Of a stretch of 26,810 nt of DNA, positions 7,834 through 16,674 are shown piece after piece. The stretch's first letter is position 1. Each line of letters begins with the position of its first letter. The DNA lies in the NCBI GenBank assembly GCA_038231435.1, contig JBBRLJ010000060.1:1-26810 (forward strand), written 5' to 3'. Below the pieces are notes generated by a model. That model saw only the letters and a program-made list of their open reading frames with translations, did not search any database and had not been told where the DNA came from. Origin of the DNA: Planctomycetota bacterium. Lineage in GTDB: Bacteria > Planctomycetota > UBA11346. The translations under genes were made by a program, and so were the position numbers.

Positions 7834-9180
7834 CTACTCCACGTCAGCGAGCAGCGGATCGTCCTTCCACTCGCCGTCGTCGGCGGGCTCGCCGCGTCGG
7901 TCGGGTCGGCCGCCGCCGCTGTGGCGGCCGCCGCCGGTCTTGCCGCGGAAGCTGAAGATGTCGCGGCGGTCCGGCGATTCGACATGGCCGCCGATCGGCC
8001 GGCGCAGCGCCTTGCGCGCTTGCAGCCAGACGTCGCGCACGCCAGCAAGCTCGGGGATGCGCCCGAACGCGAGCTGATGGACCTGCCACACCGGATCGAA
8101 CCACTCGCTCTCGACGAAGCGGTGGACGCGCTTCTGCATGTGGTGGAAGAACAGCAGGTAGAGCTGGCCGCGCAGCATCTCGACCACGCTGTTGATCAGC
8201 CGCTTGGGCAGATCCATGCGCAGGCCGAGCGTGCGGATCTCGCTGGTGACGCGCGCCGAGACCTTGTTGTAGTGGTCCTTCGACAGGTCGACCGAATCGA
8301 GCAGCGGGATGAACAGGCCAGTCGCGAGGATCTCGAGCGGGAAGTACTTCTCCTCGCCGGCGGCGAGATCGACGGCAGCGAAATATTCGCACACCTGGGC
8401 GAAGCCCTCGTCGCCGATCGCATCGAGCCAGTCCGGATAGAGGACGCCGAGGATGCCGTAATCGCCGAGCATCTTCAGGCCATCCTCGCGGTTCGCCTGG
8501 GTGATGATGCGGAATATCTCCTCGGTGACGCGGAAGCGGCTGGCCTTGAGGATCTCGGCCTGCAGCTCGTGGATCGCGGCGTCGGTCTCCTCCTCGATCT
8601 CGTAGCCGAAGCGCGCGGCGAACTTGATGGCGCGCAGCATGCGCACCGGGTCCTCTTGGAGGCGCACGCGCGGATCGCCGATGGTGCGCACCAGCTTGTC
8701 GTGCAGGTCGGCCATGCCGCCGGTGTAGTCGATCACCGCGAAGTCGCGGATGTCGTAGAACAGGGCATTGATGGTGAAGTCGCGGCGGAAGGAATCGCTC
8801 TCGAGATCGCCCCACTGGTTGTCGTCGTCGACGTAGAGGTCGCCGTCGCCGCCCTCGTTCGGTTCGACCGCGCTGCGCAGGGTGGCGACCTCGACGTTCT
8901 TGTGGCCGAAGAAGACGTGCACCAGGCGGAAGCGGCGGCCGACCACACGGCTGTTGCGGAACAGACGCCGCAGCTCGTTGGGGCGGGCATCGGTGGCGAT
9001 GTCGAAGTCCTTCGGCTTGCGGCCCATCAGCAGGTCGCGCACGGCGCCGCCGACGAGGTAGGACTCGTACTTGGAGTCCTTGAGCTTGTACAGGACCCGG
9101 AGGGTGTCCGGATCGATGTCCTTGCGGCTGATGGCGTGTTCGGTGCGGGGGATGATGCGCGGTTCGTTGGTGCTGGTCAT
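7834..9180 (-). CDS. pcnB: Poly(A) polymerase I
   Basis: VGGAVRD...PKDFDIAT, PAP signature VVGRRFRLVHV, RRDFTINAL, EDPVRMLRA. Confidence 0.93.
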   Translation of the reverse strand: MTSTNEPRIIPRTEHAISRKDIDPDTLRVLYKLKDSKYESYLVGGAVRDLLMGRKPKDFDIATDARPNELRRLFRNSRVVGRRFRLVHVFFGHKNVEVATLRSAVEPNEGGDGDLYVDDDNQWGDLESDSFRRDFTINALFYDIRDFAVIDYTGGMADLHDKLVRTIGDPRVRLQEDPVRMLRAIKFAARFGYEIEEETDAAIHELQAEILKASRFRVTEEIFRIITQANREDGLKMLGDYGILGVLYPDWLDAIGDEGFAQVCEYFAAVDLAAGEEKYFPLEILATGLFIPLLDSVDLSKDHYNKVSARVTSEIRTLGLRMDLPKRLINSVVEMLRGQLYLLFFHHMQKRVHRFVESEWFDPVWQVHQLAFGRIPELAGVRDVWLQARKALRRPIGGHVESPDRRDIFSFRGKTGGGRHSGGGRPDRRGEPADDGEWKDDPLLADVE

Positions 9181-9359
9181 GCTCTCACGGGCTCGTCGGC
9201 GCCACCGAGCGCCCTACGGCGTCCGCCGTCCACATTGGAGGGGATGCAGCCGTGGGATCATGGGTGGGCGGGCTTGAAGCGACCATGCTATGCCCACAGG
9301 TGGGGTCGCAATCGGCGTTTAGGTTGGAACCACTGCTTCCTGGCCGGCCAGGGCGGCGC

Positions 9360-10241
9360 TCACCCGGTGGGGGCCCGTCGCCGCCGCCATGCCCCCGGCG
9401 ACCTGCCGTGGTGGGCCCTGAACACCCGTCCGAAGACCGTCGCATCGGCATAGCCGACCAGCGACCCGACCGCCGACACCGTCAACTCGGGGCGCGCCAG
9501 CAGGCTGGTCGCCGCGCGCATGCGCTCGCCTCGCAGCCAGTCGCCGGGGCTCCTCCCTCGCAGCGCCGTGAACACGGCGCAGAAGCGAGACCGGCTCCAC
9601 CCCGATGCGGCGGCGAACTCGTCGACCCCGAAGCCGGATCCGAGGCTGCGCGCCGCCACTGCCTCGGCCCGGGCCACGCGCGCCTCGGCGTCGGAGGCGT
9701 CGCCGGCATCACCACGGCGGGCATGCCCGACCCAGTTGAGCATGAGCCCGCCGAGCAGGTGCGCCGCCTCGAGCACCCCGATGCGGCCGCCGCGCTGCCA
9801 GGCGGCGATGATGCGACCGATGCCGTCGGCGAAGATCGGCCACAGTTCCGACGGCGTGAGAACCGGCAGATCCAGGCCCCAGACGTCGACCGGCTGGGGC
9901 TGCAGCAGCTTCGCCCGCGCTCCGAGCTCGGAGTCGTATGCCGCCGCGTGGGGATGATGGACGCGCTTCGGATCCCACTGCACGTCGAAATGCACCCACG
10001 CCGGACGGTTTCCCCGCGGCGCCGACAGGTCGTGCAGCACACCCGGACGGATCAGGTAGGTCGCGCCCTCGGGCACCGCGACCGATCGGCCATCGACCAC
10101 CAGCTCCTCGGGTCCCTCCAGCGAGGTGACCAGCAGGTAATGCGCGAGCCGTCGCTTCGGCAGGCGCCACGGGTCGGGTCTCCGGCTGTCGTCGCACGAG
10201 TGGACGAAGGGGCAGTACGCCCCATCCCAGGCGATCGGCAT
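9360..10241 (-). CDS. AraC-family transcriptional regulator
   Basis: N-terminal cupin-like domain (LIRPGVLH, WVHFD); C-terminal SRSRFCAVF...VGYADATVFGRVF....GRSPGAWR. Confidence 0.9.
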   Translation of the reverse strand: MPIAWDGAYCPFVHSCDDSRRPDPWRLPKRRLAHYLLVTSLEGPEELVVDGRSVAVPEGATYLIRPGVLHDLSAPRGNRPAWVHFDVQWDPKRVHHPHAAAYDSELGARAKLLQPQPVDVWGLDLPVLTPSELWPIFADGIGRIIAAWQRGGRIGVLEAAHLLGGLMLNWVGHARRGDAGDASDAEARVARAEAVAARSLGSGFGVDEFAAASGWSRSRFCAVFTALRGRSPGDWLRGERMRAATSLLARPELTVSAVGSLVGYADATVFGRVFRAHHGRSPGAWRRRRAPTG

Positions 10242-10325
10242 AGGTTATTTAAGCCAGGCAATCATTGTTAATTTCAGCCTATTTGTTCCATAAGTAATAC
10301 TGATGAGGATGAAAAGTCTATCTCC
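10242..10325. promoter_or_regulatory. AT-rich divergent promoter region between araC and the ADP-ribosylglycohydrolase gene
   Basis: Sharp AT-rich island (ttatttaagcc...attgttaatttcagcctatttgttccataagtaatact) between divergent starts. Confidence 0.55.
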
Positions 10326-10417
10326 AAGCCAACGGATCGGGTGCGTCACGGAGATCGCGGGCCAAGCTGCGGCCATACCCGCCGCGCCCCTTGGGGTGGC
10401 ACCTCGAAAGGGATCCC

Positions 10418-11851
10418 ATGGCCGGATGGACCTCACCCTACAACCTCCTCCATGAGGAGTTCATCCAGCGCCGCGACGAGGGCTGCGTGATTCCGAGCGC
10501 ACTGCGCCAGCGCTTCCAGGAGCTGCACAAGGACAAGGACGCCTGGAACTACGTGGCCATCGATCCCATCTACGATGCGCTGATGGAGCTCGAACCCGAT
10601 GCCGCTTTGGCGGCCAAGGAACCGAACGACCTCGAGCAGATCCGCGCCATGCGTCCGGCGGGCCCGCGCGACCTGAAGTGGGCACCCAAGGACGACGAGC
10701 TTCTGGACCGCCTGCACGGCGCCTGGACTGGCCGATGCGTCGGCTGCGCGCTCGGCAAGCCCGTCGAGGGCATGGGCATGACCCGCGACGATCAGCACCG
10801 GCTCAATGGCCGCGTCACCATCAAGAAGTACCTGCAGAATCGCGGCGACTGGCCCTTGAAGGATTATTTCAGCGGCCGCGAGACCGGCGACGGCCTGAAG
10901 ATATGGTGCGAGAAATCCTTCCGCGAGAACATCGCCTTCATGGAAGCGGACGACGATGTCCACTACAGCCTCACCGGGCTCGCGGTGATCGAGCAGAAGG
11001 GCCCCGGCTTCACCTGGGACGACGTCGGCCGCTTCTGGCTAGCCAACATCCCAGTCGCGCACATCTGCACCGCCGAGACCCAGGCGGTGACCAACCTGCA
11101 GATGCGTTCGGCGCGTGGTCATGACCACGCCACCGCGCCGGCGTTTACCCGCCGATTCCGCAATCCATACCGTGAATGGATCGGCGCGCAGATCCGCTCC
11201 GACGGCTGGGCGTGGACCTGCGCGGGCAAACCCGAACTCGCCGCCGAATTCGCTTGGCGCGATGCGCATTGGACTCATGAACGCAACGGCATCTACGGCG
11301 AGATGATGTTCGCGGCGATGCAGGCCGCCTCGTTCGTCGAGCACGATCCGCGCAAGCTGGTCGAGATCGGCCTGAGCGAGATCCCGCGCGATTGCCGCCT
11401 GGCGCACTGGACGCGCCAGTGCCTGGTCTGGGTGACCGAGGAGAAGGACTTCGAATCCTGCATGGCGCGCATGGAGGCGGCGCTGCCGGACATGCACGTG
11501 GTGCACACCATCAACAATGCGCTGATCTGCGTGATGTCGCTGTTCTACGGCGCCAAGGACGGGCGCATGGACACCACCGCGACCACCACCATCGCGGTGA
11601 TGTGCGGCCTGGATACCGACTGCAACGGCGCGACCGTCGGCTCGATCGTCGGCGCGGCCGCCGGCAAGCAGCGCTTCGGCGGCGCGCTGGCCGCGCAGCT
11701 CAACGACACCATCAAGCCGAACATGCTCGGCTTCCAGGAGGTCACCATGCTCGATCTGGCCAAGCGTACCCTGACGCAGTGGAAGCGGGTCGACGAGTAC
11801 CACCGCGCACGTTCAGGAACACCCGTGGCGAAGGCGGCGAAAGCCGGCTGA
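10418..11851 (+). CDS. ADP-ribosylglycohydrolase family protein
   Basis: GAWTGRCVGCALGKPVEG, ADDD, GAQIRSD, DA..TH..NGIYG, GLDTDCNGATVGSIVG; ATG 10418 is preceded by AAGGGA. Confidence 0.9.
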   Translation: MAGWTSPYNLLHEEFIQRRDEGCVIPSALRQRFQELHKDKDAWNYVAIDPIYDALMELEPDAALAAKEPNDLEQIRAMRPAGPRDLKWAPKDDELLDRLHGAWTGRCVGCALGKPVEGMGMTRDDQHRLNGRVTIKKYLQNRGDWPLKDYFSGRETGDGLKIWCEKSFRENIAFMEADDDVHYSLTGLAVIEQKGPGFTWDDVGRFWLANIPVAHICTAETQAVTNLQMRSARGHDHATAPAFTRRFRNPYREWIGAQIRSDGWAWTCAGKPELAAEFAWRDAHWTHERNGIYGEMMFAAMQAASFVEHDPRKLVEIGLSEIPRDCRLAHWTRQCLVWVTEEKDFESCMARMEAALPDMHVVHTINNALICVMSLFYGAKDGRMDTTATTTIAVMCGLDTDCNGATVGSIVGAAAGKQRFGGALAAQLNDTIKPNMLGFQEVTMLDLAKRTLTQWKRVDEYHRARSGTPVAKAAKAG

Positions 11852-12014
11852 GCGCCACGAAGCAGGGGCGTCGACATCCTCTGCCGCCCTCCTGTCGACG
11901 ACGAACGACGCGACCGACGGTTCTCTGGAACTCCGATGCCGGTCTCTTGAGGGTGTGGCGCCGGACGTGCCGTTGACGCTGACATCGGCGAGGAACAGGC
12001 TATGACTCCGTGCC

Positions 12015-12941
12015 ATGAGCCCCGATCGATTCGAGCCGGTCGACCCGCACCGCGATCCGCACCGGGACCCTCACCGGGATGCGCACCCTGATCCCCACGG
12101 CGTCGCGCGCTCCGGTGACAGCGGCACGCTGAACCACTACAAGATGGTCTCGGTCGCGCTCGGCCTGCTGCTGGTCGGGCTGGGCATGGTGACGGTGCCG
12201 ATCGTCTGGGAAGCGAGCCTGAACCCGACTTTCGCGAAGATCGTCGGGCACCTCGGCTTGTTTCTGGTGCCGTCGGGCCTGATCACCCTGATCTACGAGA
12301 TCGTGTTGCGCCGAACCTTCCTCGCCGAAGTCCGCGAGCAGCTGTCGGTGTCGCTTGGCCAGCACTTCACACGCGTCAACCGCCTGACCCAAGCGGGCCT
12401 CACCGACGTGCACGACTGCCTACCCGATGAGCGCATCAACCGCGAGTTCGGTCGCGCCCGCGCGTCGATCCGCATCCTGCAGACCTGGATTCCGAATCTG
12501 CTGCAGATCGAGCGCTCGCTCACCCAGGCGATGGGACGCGGCTGCACGGTGCGCATCCTGCTGCTCGACTCCGCATCGATCCATTGCGTCGAACGCAACA
12601 AGGACCTCGGCTACGTCGACAAGAACACCATCAAGAACGGCATCGAACTGAATCTCAAGCAGCTCGCCAACTTCGTCACCGCCGAGGTTCGCGACCGCGT
12701 CGAGGTGCGCCTCTACGACGCCACCCCGATCATGTCGCTCTACGCCTGCGACGACCTGCGCTTTCTCGGCCTCTTCTGGCGCAAGCGCCGCTGCAGCCAG
12801 GGCCCGCACATCGAGCTCTCCGGCCGCGACTCCTTCATCGGCCTCGAGGCAGACCGCCATTTTGCCGACCTCTGGGACACGGCGAAGCCCATCGACGTCG
12901 CCGCCCTTGCCGCCGACACCGCCGTCAAATCAGTCTCATAG
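12015..12941 (+). CDS. Two-TM protein with C-terminal DUF5919-like (HKD-less PLD-like) domain and N-terminal DPHR repeats
   Basis: Two hydrophobic helices, then IRILQTW...VRILLLD...EVRLYDATP..SLY.CDD...GP.IEL...HFADLWD. The domain assignment is from recalled pattern only. Confidence 0.6.
   Translation: MSPDRFEPVDPHRDPHRDPHRDAHPDPHGVARSGDSGTLNHYKMVSVALGLLLVGLGMVTVPIVWEASLNPTFAKIVGHLGLFLVPSGLITLIYEIVLRRTFLAEVREQLSVSLGQHFTRVNRLTQAGLTDVHDCLPDERINREFGRARASIRILQTWIPNLLQIERSLTQAMGRGCTVRILLLDSASIHCVERNKDLGYVDKNTIKNGIELNLKQLANFVTAEVRDRVEVRLYDATPIMSLYACDDLRFLGLFWRKRRCSQGPHIELSGRDSFIGLEADRHFADLWDTAKPIDVAALAADTAVKSVS
12042..12101 (+). repeat. In-frame 12-bp tandem repeat x5 (DPHR DPHR DPHR DAHP DPHG)
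   Basis: gacccgcaccgc gatccgcaccgg gaccctcaccgg gatgcgcaccct gatccccacggc. Confidence 0.85.
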
Positions 12942-12981
12942 CGACGATGGCGCGTGCGCCGCTTCGCGGCGCGGGACGGGG

Positions 12982-13941
12982 TTAGAAGTCGCGGGCGACG
13001 ATGAACTCCGCGAGCATCCACAGGCGTTGCCGTGCGGGGCCGTCTGGGAACACCGCGAGGTGTGCTTGTGCGCGCTTCACGTGCTCACGCGCGGTGACAA
13101 GGGCGTCTTCGAGCGCGCCACTGCCGGTGACCAGATCGCGGATCGATGCCACCTCATCGGCGGTCGCCACCGTCACCAGGCGGTGCTCGATAGAGGGCCG
13201 CTCGGCGCCGTTGGTGCGCTTGAGCAGGCGGATGATCGGTAAGGTCAGCCGGCCGCGCTCGATGTCGGTGGACAGGGTCTTGCCGACCTTGTTGGGATCG
13301 CCGCTGAAATCCAGGCAGTCGTCGACGATCTGGAAGGCGATGCCGCAATCGAGGCCGTAGCCGGCCGCCGCGCGCTGCTGGGCAGGTGTGCCGCCCACGG
13401 CACCGAGTTCGCCAGCGAGCTCGGTGAGCGCAGCGGTCTTGGCGTAGATGATGCGCTGGTACTCGTCCTCGGTGAGGCTGACGTCGCGCGCAGCGCACTG
13501 CTGGTGGAGCTCGCCGCGGCAGACGATGTTGGTGGTCGCCGTCAGGCGTTCCATCACGACGGGTTCGTGCATCGCCGCGACCAGATTGAAGGCGTGGGTG
13601 TAGAAGTAGTCGCCGAGCAGCACCGCGGTGGTGTTGCCGAAGCGCACGTGGGCGGTCGGTCGACCACGGCGCGTGTCGCTGTCGTCGATGAGGTCGTCGT
13701 GGATGAGCGTCGCGGTATGGATCATCTCGAGCGCCGCGCCGAGACGCTGGTGGCGCTGGTCGACCTTGCCGAGAGTTTCAGCGACCAGCAGCACCAGCGC
13801 CGGCCTGAGCATCTTGCCGTGGAAGGCGCCGAGTTCGGAGATGAGGCCGTCCACGCGCGCTTCCGGGCTCGCCAGGGCTCCGGCCATGAGCCTTTCGACC
13901 TCGGCGAAGTGGCCCTGGAGGCCTTGGAACGCGTCGATCAT
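12982..13941 (-). CDS. Long-chain polyprenyl diphosphate synthase (IspB/HepT type)
   Basis: GKMLRP, EMIHTATLIHDDLID...RRG (FARM with small upstream residues), KTA, AFQIVDDCLD (SARM). Confidence 0.93.
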   Translation of the reverse strand: MIDAFQGLQGHFAEVERLMAGALASPEARVDGLISELGAFHGKMLRPALVLLVAETLGKVDQRHQRLGAALEMIHTATLIHDDLIDDSDTRRGRPTAHVRFGNTTAVLLGDYFYTHAFNLVAAMHEPVVMERLTATTNIVCRGELHQQCAARDVSLTEDEYQRIIYAKTAALTELAGELGAVGGTPAQQRAAAGYGLDCGIAFQIVDDCLDFSGDPNKVGKTLSTDIERGRLTLPIIRLLKRTNGAERPSIEHRLVTVATADEVASIRDLVTGSGALEDALVTAREHVKRAQAHLAVFPDGPARQRLWMLAEFIVARDF

Positions 13942-14043
13942 CCTACATCCGCACGGAAAGGGTTGGCGAACGGCGGCGGCAGTCCACGCGCCCGGCTTCG
14001 GCTTGAGCAGAAGCGACGGTCGAGGCGGATGCCGCTCGCGCCA

Positions 14044-14694
14044 TCATTCCTTCGTTCCGTCGCCTTCCGCCTGCATGGGCTTCTGGCTGGACGCGGTGAT
14101 GTTCTTGGCGATCTCTTGCAGCGAGCGGCCGAGCGCCTCGACGCTCACCGGCTTGCGGATGCATGAGACGATCTGCGGATTCAGGCGGGCGAGCTCCTCG
14201 ACGCGGTCGAAGGGCTCGTACGCGCTGACGATAACCACGCGGCTCTCGGACAGTTCGGGGCGGCGCAGCAGCTCTTGGAGGACGGCGAAGCCGTCCATGC
14301 CCGGCATCATGATGTCGAGCAGCATGATGTGCGGGTGGATGGTGCCTACCGCGATGCAGGTGTCGACGCCGTTGATGGCCTCGTGGATCGCGGCGTCGGG
14401 CAGGTAGCGCTCAGTGACCTTGCGCAGCAACAGCACCACGTCCGGATGGTCGTCGGCGATGAGGATGTTGAGCTTGTTGCCGATCGCCTTGCGCTTGGCT
14501 CCGCCTTGGAGCACGTCGGGCATCCCGAACGAGCGGCAGAACTCCTGGAGATCGCCGGGCTTCACCCGGAAATGCCCGCTCGGCAGGCTGTAGGCCTTGA
14601 GATGGCCTCCGATGATCCAGCGGTAGACGGTGGTGCGGCTCACATTGCACCGCTTGGCGACCTTGCCGAGACTCAGGTGTTCGTCGTTGCTCAT
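14044..14694 (-). CDS. Response regulator with N-terminal excisionase-like HTH (HTH_17) and receiver domain
   Basis: LSLGKVAKRCNVSRTTVYRWI..G.LKAYSLPSGHFRV; ILIADD, LLDIMMPGMDG, RKP. Confidence 0.92.
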   Translation of the reverse strand: MSNDEHLSLGKVAKRCNVSRTTVYRWIIGGHLKAYSLPSGHFRVKPGDLQEFCRSFGMPDVLQGGAKRKAIGNKLNILIADDHPDVVLLLRKVTERYLPDAAIHEAINGVDTCIAVGTIHPHIMLLDIMMPGMDGFAVLQELLRRPELSESRVVIVSAYEPFDRVEELARLNPQIVSCIRKPVSVEALGRSLQEIAKNITASSQKPMQAEGDGTKE

Positions 14695-14790
14695 GCGGGA
14701 ATAGTATACCTTGAACCCTTTGTATCGGGTGGCGGCGCACGCTGCAAGTGCAACAAGTGGAACGGGCCTCGTGGCTCGCTACGGTCCGAC

Positions 14791-15807
14791 ATGCACGTGC
14801 TGATCGTGCGCCTGGGGGCGTTCGGCGATATTGTCCATACCCTGCCGCTGGCGGCGGACCTGCACGATGCCGGACACCGCGTGGCCTGGCTGTGCGAGGA
14901 CCGCTGGGCGGCCCTCCTCCAGGGCAGCCCGGTGGTGGACGAGCTCCAGTTGTTTCCCCGCAAGATTGCGCGGGGGGCTGGCGGCCGGCTGGCGGCGTTG
15001 AAAGCCGTGAAGGGCTGCCTGCGGCGGGTGCGCGGCGCGACATACGACGCGGTCATCGACGCCCAGGGTCTGGCCAAGAGCGCCGTCATGGCCGCCGCGA
15101 GCGGAGCCCCGATCCGCATCGGCCACGCCCGCCCGCGGGCCCGCGAGGGCAGCTGGCTGCTGATGCGCCATCAGGTGGAGGTGGACGCGGTCCATGTCAT
15201 CGATCAGCAGCGCGGATTGGCGCGTGCGCTCGGGATCGCACCGCGCGGCCCGTGGCGGTTTCCGCTTCCCCTGTGGACCCACGAACGGCGTTGGGCGCGC
15301 GAGTGGCTCGCCGCGGCGGGATCGCCGCGGCCCTGGCTGCTGAACGTGGGGGCCGGCTGGCCAACCAAGGTGTGGCCCGAACACCGTCAGATCGAATTCG
15401 CCCGGCTCGCGCGCGAGCGCGGGCAAGCGCTGCTGATCGCCTGGGGGAATCCTGGCGAACGCGCGGCGGCCGAGCGCATCCACGCCGCGGCCGGCCATGG
15501 CGTGCTCGCTCCAGAGACCACCATTCCGCAGCTTGCCGGTCTGATCGCCGGCTCGGTGGGCGTGGTCAGCGGGGATACCGGTCCGCTCCACCTGGCGCAG
15601 GCTTTGGGTACTCCAGCCGTAGGCCTGTTCGGGCCGGTGCCAGCCGAGCGCAACGGGCCGCGCGGCCCCGGCTACCGCACCATCCAGGCGCCGGGCGCCG
15701 CCTGGGAGCGCCGCGATGTGACCAAAGTGGACATGGCCGCGATCGGCGCCGCGCGCGTGGCGAGCGAGCTCGACGCGGCGATCGGCGACCGGATCAGGGT
15801 CGGCTGA
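14791..15807 (+). CDS. Glycosyltransferase family 9 (LPS heptosyltransferase, WaaC-like)
   Basis: LIVRLGAFGDIVHTLP, YDAVIDAQGLAKSA, GAGWPTKVWP, VSGDTGPLHLA.A.GTP.VGLFGP; start moved to ATG 14791. Confidence 0.9.
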   Translation: MHVLIVRLGAFGDIVHTLPLAADLHDAGHRVAWLCEDRWAALLQGSPVVDELQLFPRKIARGAGGRLAALKAVKGCLRRVRGATYDAVIDAQGLAKSAVMAAASGAPIRIGHARPRAREGSWLLMRHQVEVDAVHVIDQQRGLARALGIAPRGPWRFPLPLWTHERRWAREWLAAAGSPRPWLLNVGAGWPTKVWPEHRQIEFARLARERGQALLIAWGNPGERAAAERIHAAAGHGVLAPETTIPQLAGLIAGSVGVVSGDTGPLHLAQALGTPAVGLFGPVPAERNGPRGPGYRTIQAPGAAWERRDVTKVDMAAIGAARVASELDAAIGDRIRVG

Positions 15808-15811
15808 GACG

Positions 15812-16426
15812 ATGGCTGGGCCGCTGCAGACCGATCTGAGGCCGTCGCCGCCGTGGCTGATCCGCGCCGTCGCCCTGGCCGCCCTGGTAGGAGCGCTGCT
15901 GATCCTCGGCCTCGTCAATCATGCCCGCCGCCTGCCGCCGCAATTGCTGCTCTCGGGGCCGCATCGCGAGTTCGCCTACGCGCGCGCGGTCGAGCGCGTG
16001 ATCGCCGCCGCTCGGACCCGCATCTGGATGACCATGTTCGTGATCCACTTCGATGACGATCCCGCGAACCCGGCCACCGTCCTCCTGCATGCGCTCGCGG
16101 CGGCGTCGGCGCGCGGCGTCCACGTCCAGGTGTGCATCGACCTGGGCACCGACCGCCAGACCGGCGAAGTCGACACCAAGCACGAAGCAGCATTGGCATG
16201 GATGCAGGCCCACGGCATCAAGGCGCTGCTCGACGAACTCGACCGCACCACCCACGCCAAGGCGCTGGTGGTGGACGACGCGCGCGTGGTCGTCGGCAGC
16301 CACAACTGGACCCGCGAGGCCCTGACCGGCAACCGCGAGGCCAGCGTGGTGCTCGACGATCCGGCGATGGCGAAGGAACTGTCCGCTCTGATGCGCGAAA
16401 TCCCGGGCTGGGACGCGGGCTTTTAG
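15812..16426 (+). CDS. Membrane-anchored single-HKD phospholipase D/nuclease domain protein
   Basis: N-terminal TM; HAKALVVDD...VGSHNWT...NREA is the HKD/GSxN motif. Confidence 0.88.
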   Translation: MAGPLQTDLRPSPPWLIRAVALAALVGALLILGLVNHARRLPPQLLLSGPHREFAYARAVERVIAAARTRIWMTMFVIHFDDDPANPATVLLHALAAASARGVHVQVCIDLGTDRQTGEVDTKHEAALAWMQAHGIKALLDELDRTTHAKALVVDDARVVVGSHNWTREALTGNREASVVLDDPAMAKELSALMREIPGWDAGF

Positions 16427-16449
16427 TCCGCTGCCGCGAAGCGCGGCAG

Positions 16450-16666
16450 CTCGGGGGGCTGCGGCCCCCCTGGAACGGCCTCCGGCCTGCCCCCTGGTAG
16501 ACGGGGAGCAGGGTGGGAGGCGGGGCGGGGACCTGCGAGATCGGCGCCGCTTAGCTTAGATCTAGACATGAATTTCTGTCAATCGGTGCGTAGCCAATCT
16601 CTCCCTGTCCCCTGGCTCTTAGGGGGCAGGCCGGAGGCCGTTCCAGGGGGGCCGTAGCCCCCCGAG
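16450..16666. repeat. REPIN/MITE-like element with 46-bp terminal inverted repeats (16450-16495 / 16621-16666, 1 mismatch)
   Basis: CTCGGGGGGCT(G/A)CGGCCCCCCTGGAACGGCCTCCGGCCTGCCCCCT on both ends; internal CGGGGAGCAGGGTGGG shared with the 4117 copy. Confidence 0.9.
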
Positions 16667-16674
16667 GCGCCGCG

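Noticed and set aside
7771..9453. 560-aa plus-strand ORF and similar long antisense ORFs (4309-5214, 21746-22969, 25392-26594 etc.)
   Set aside because: Shadow frames of recognisable genes, expected from high-GC codon bias; no motifs of their own.
14044..14694. Excisionase indicating a prophage or ICE
   Set aside because: The HTH is fused to a receiver domain, a common regulator architecture; no integrase or att site is seen.
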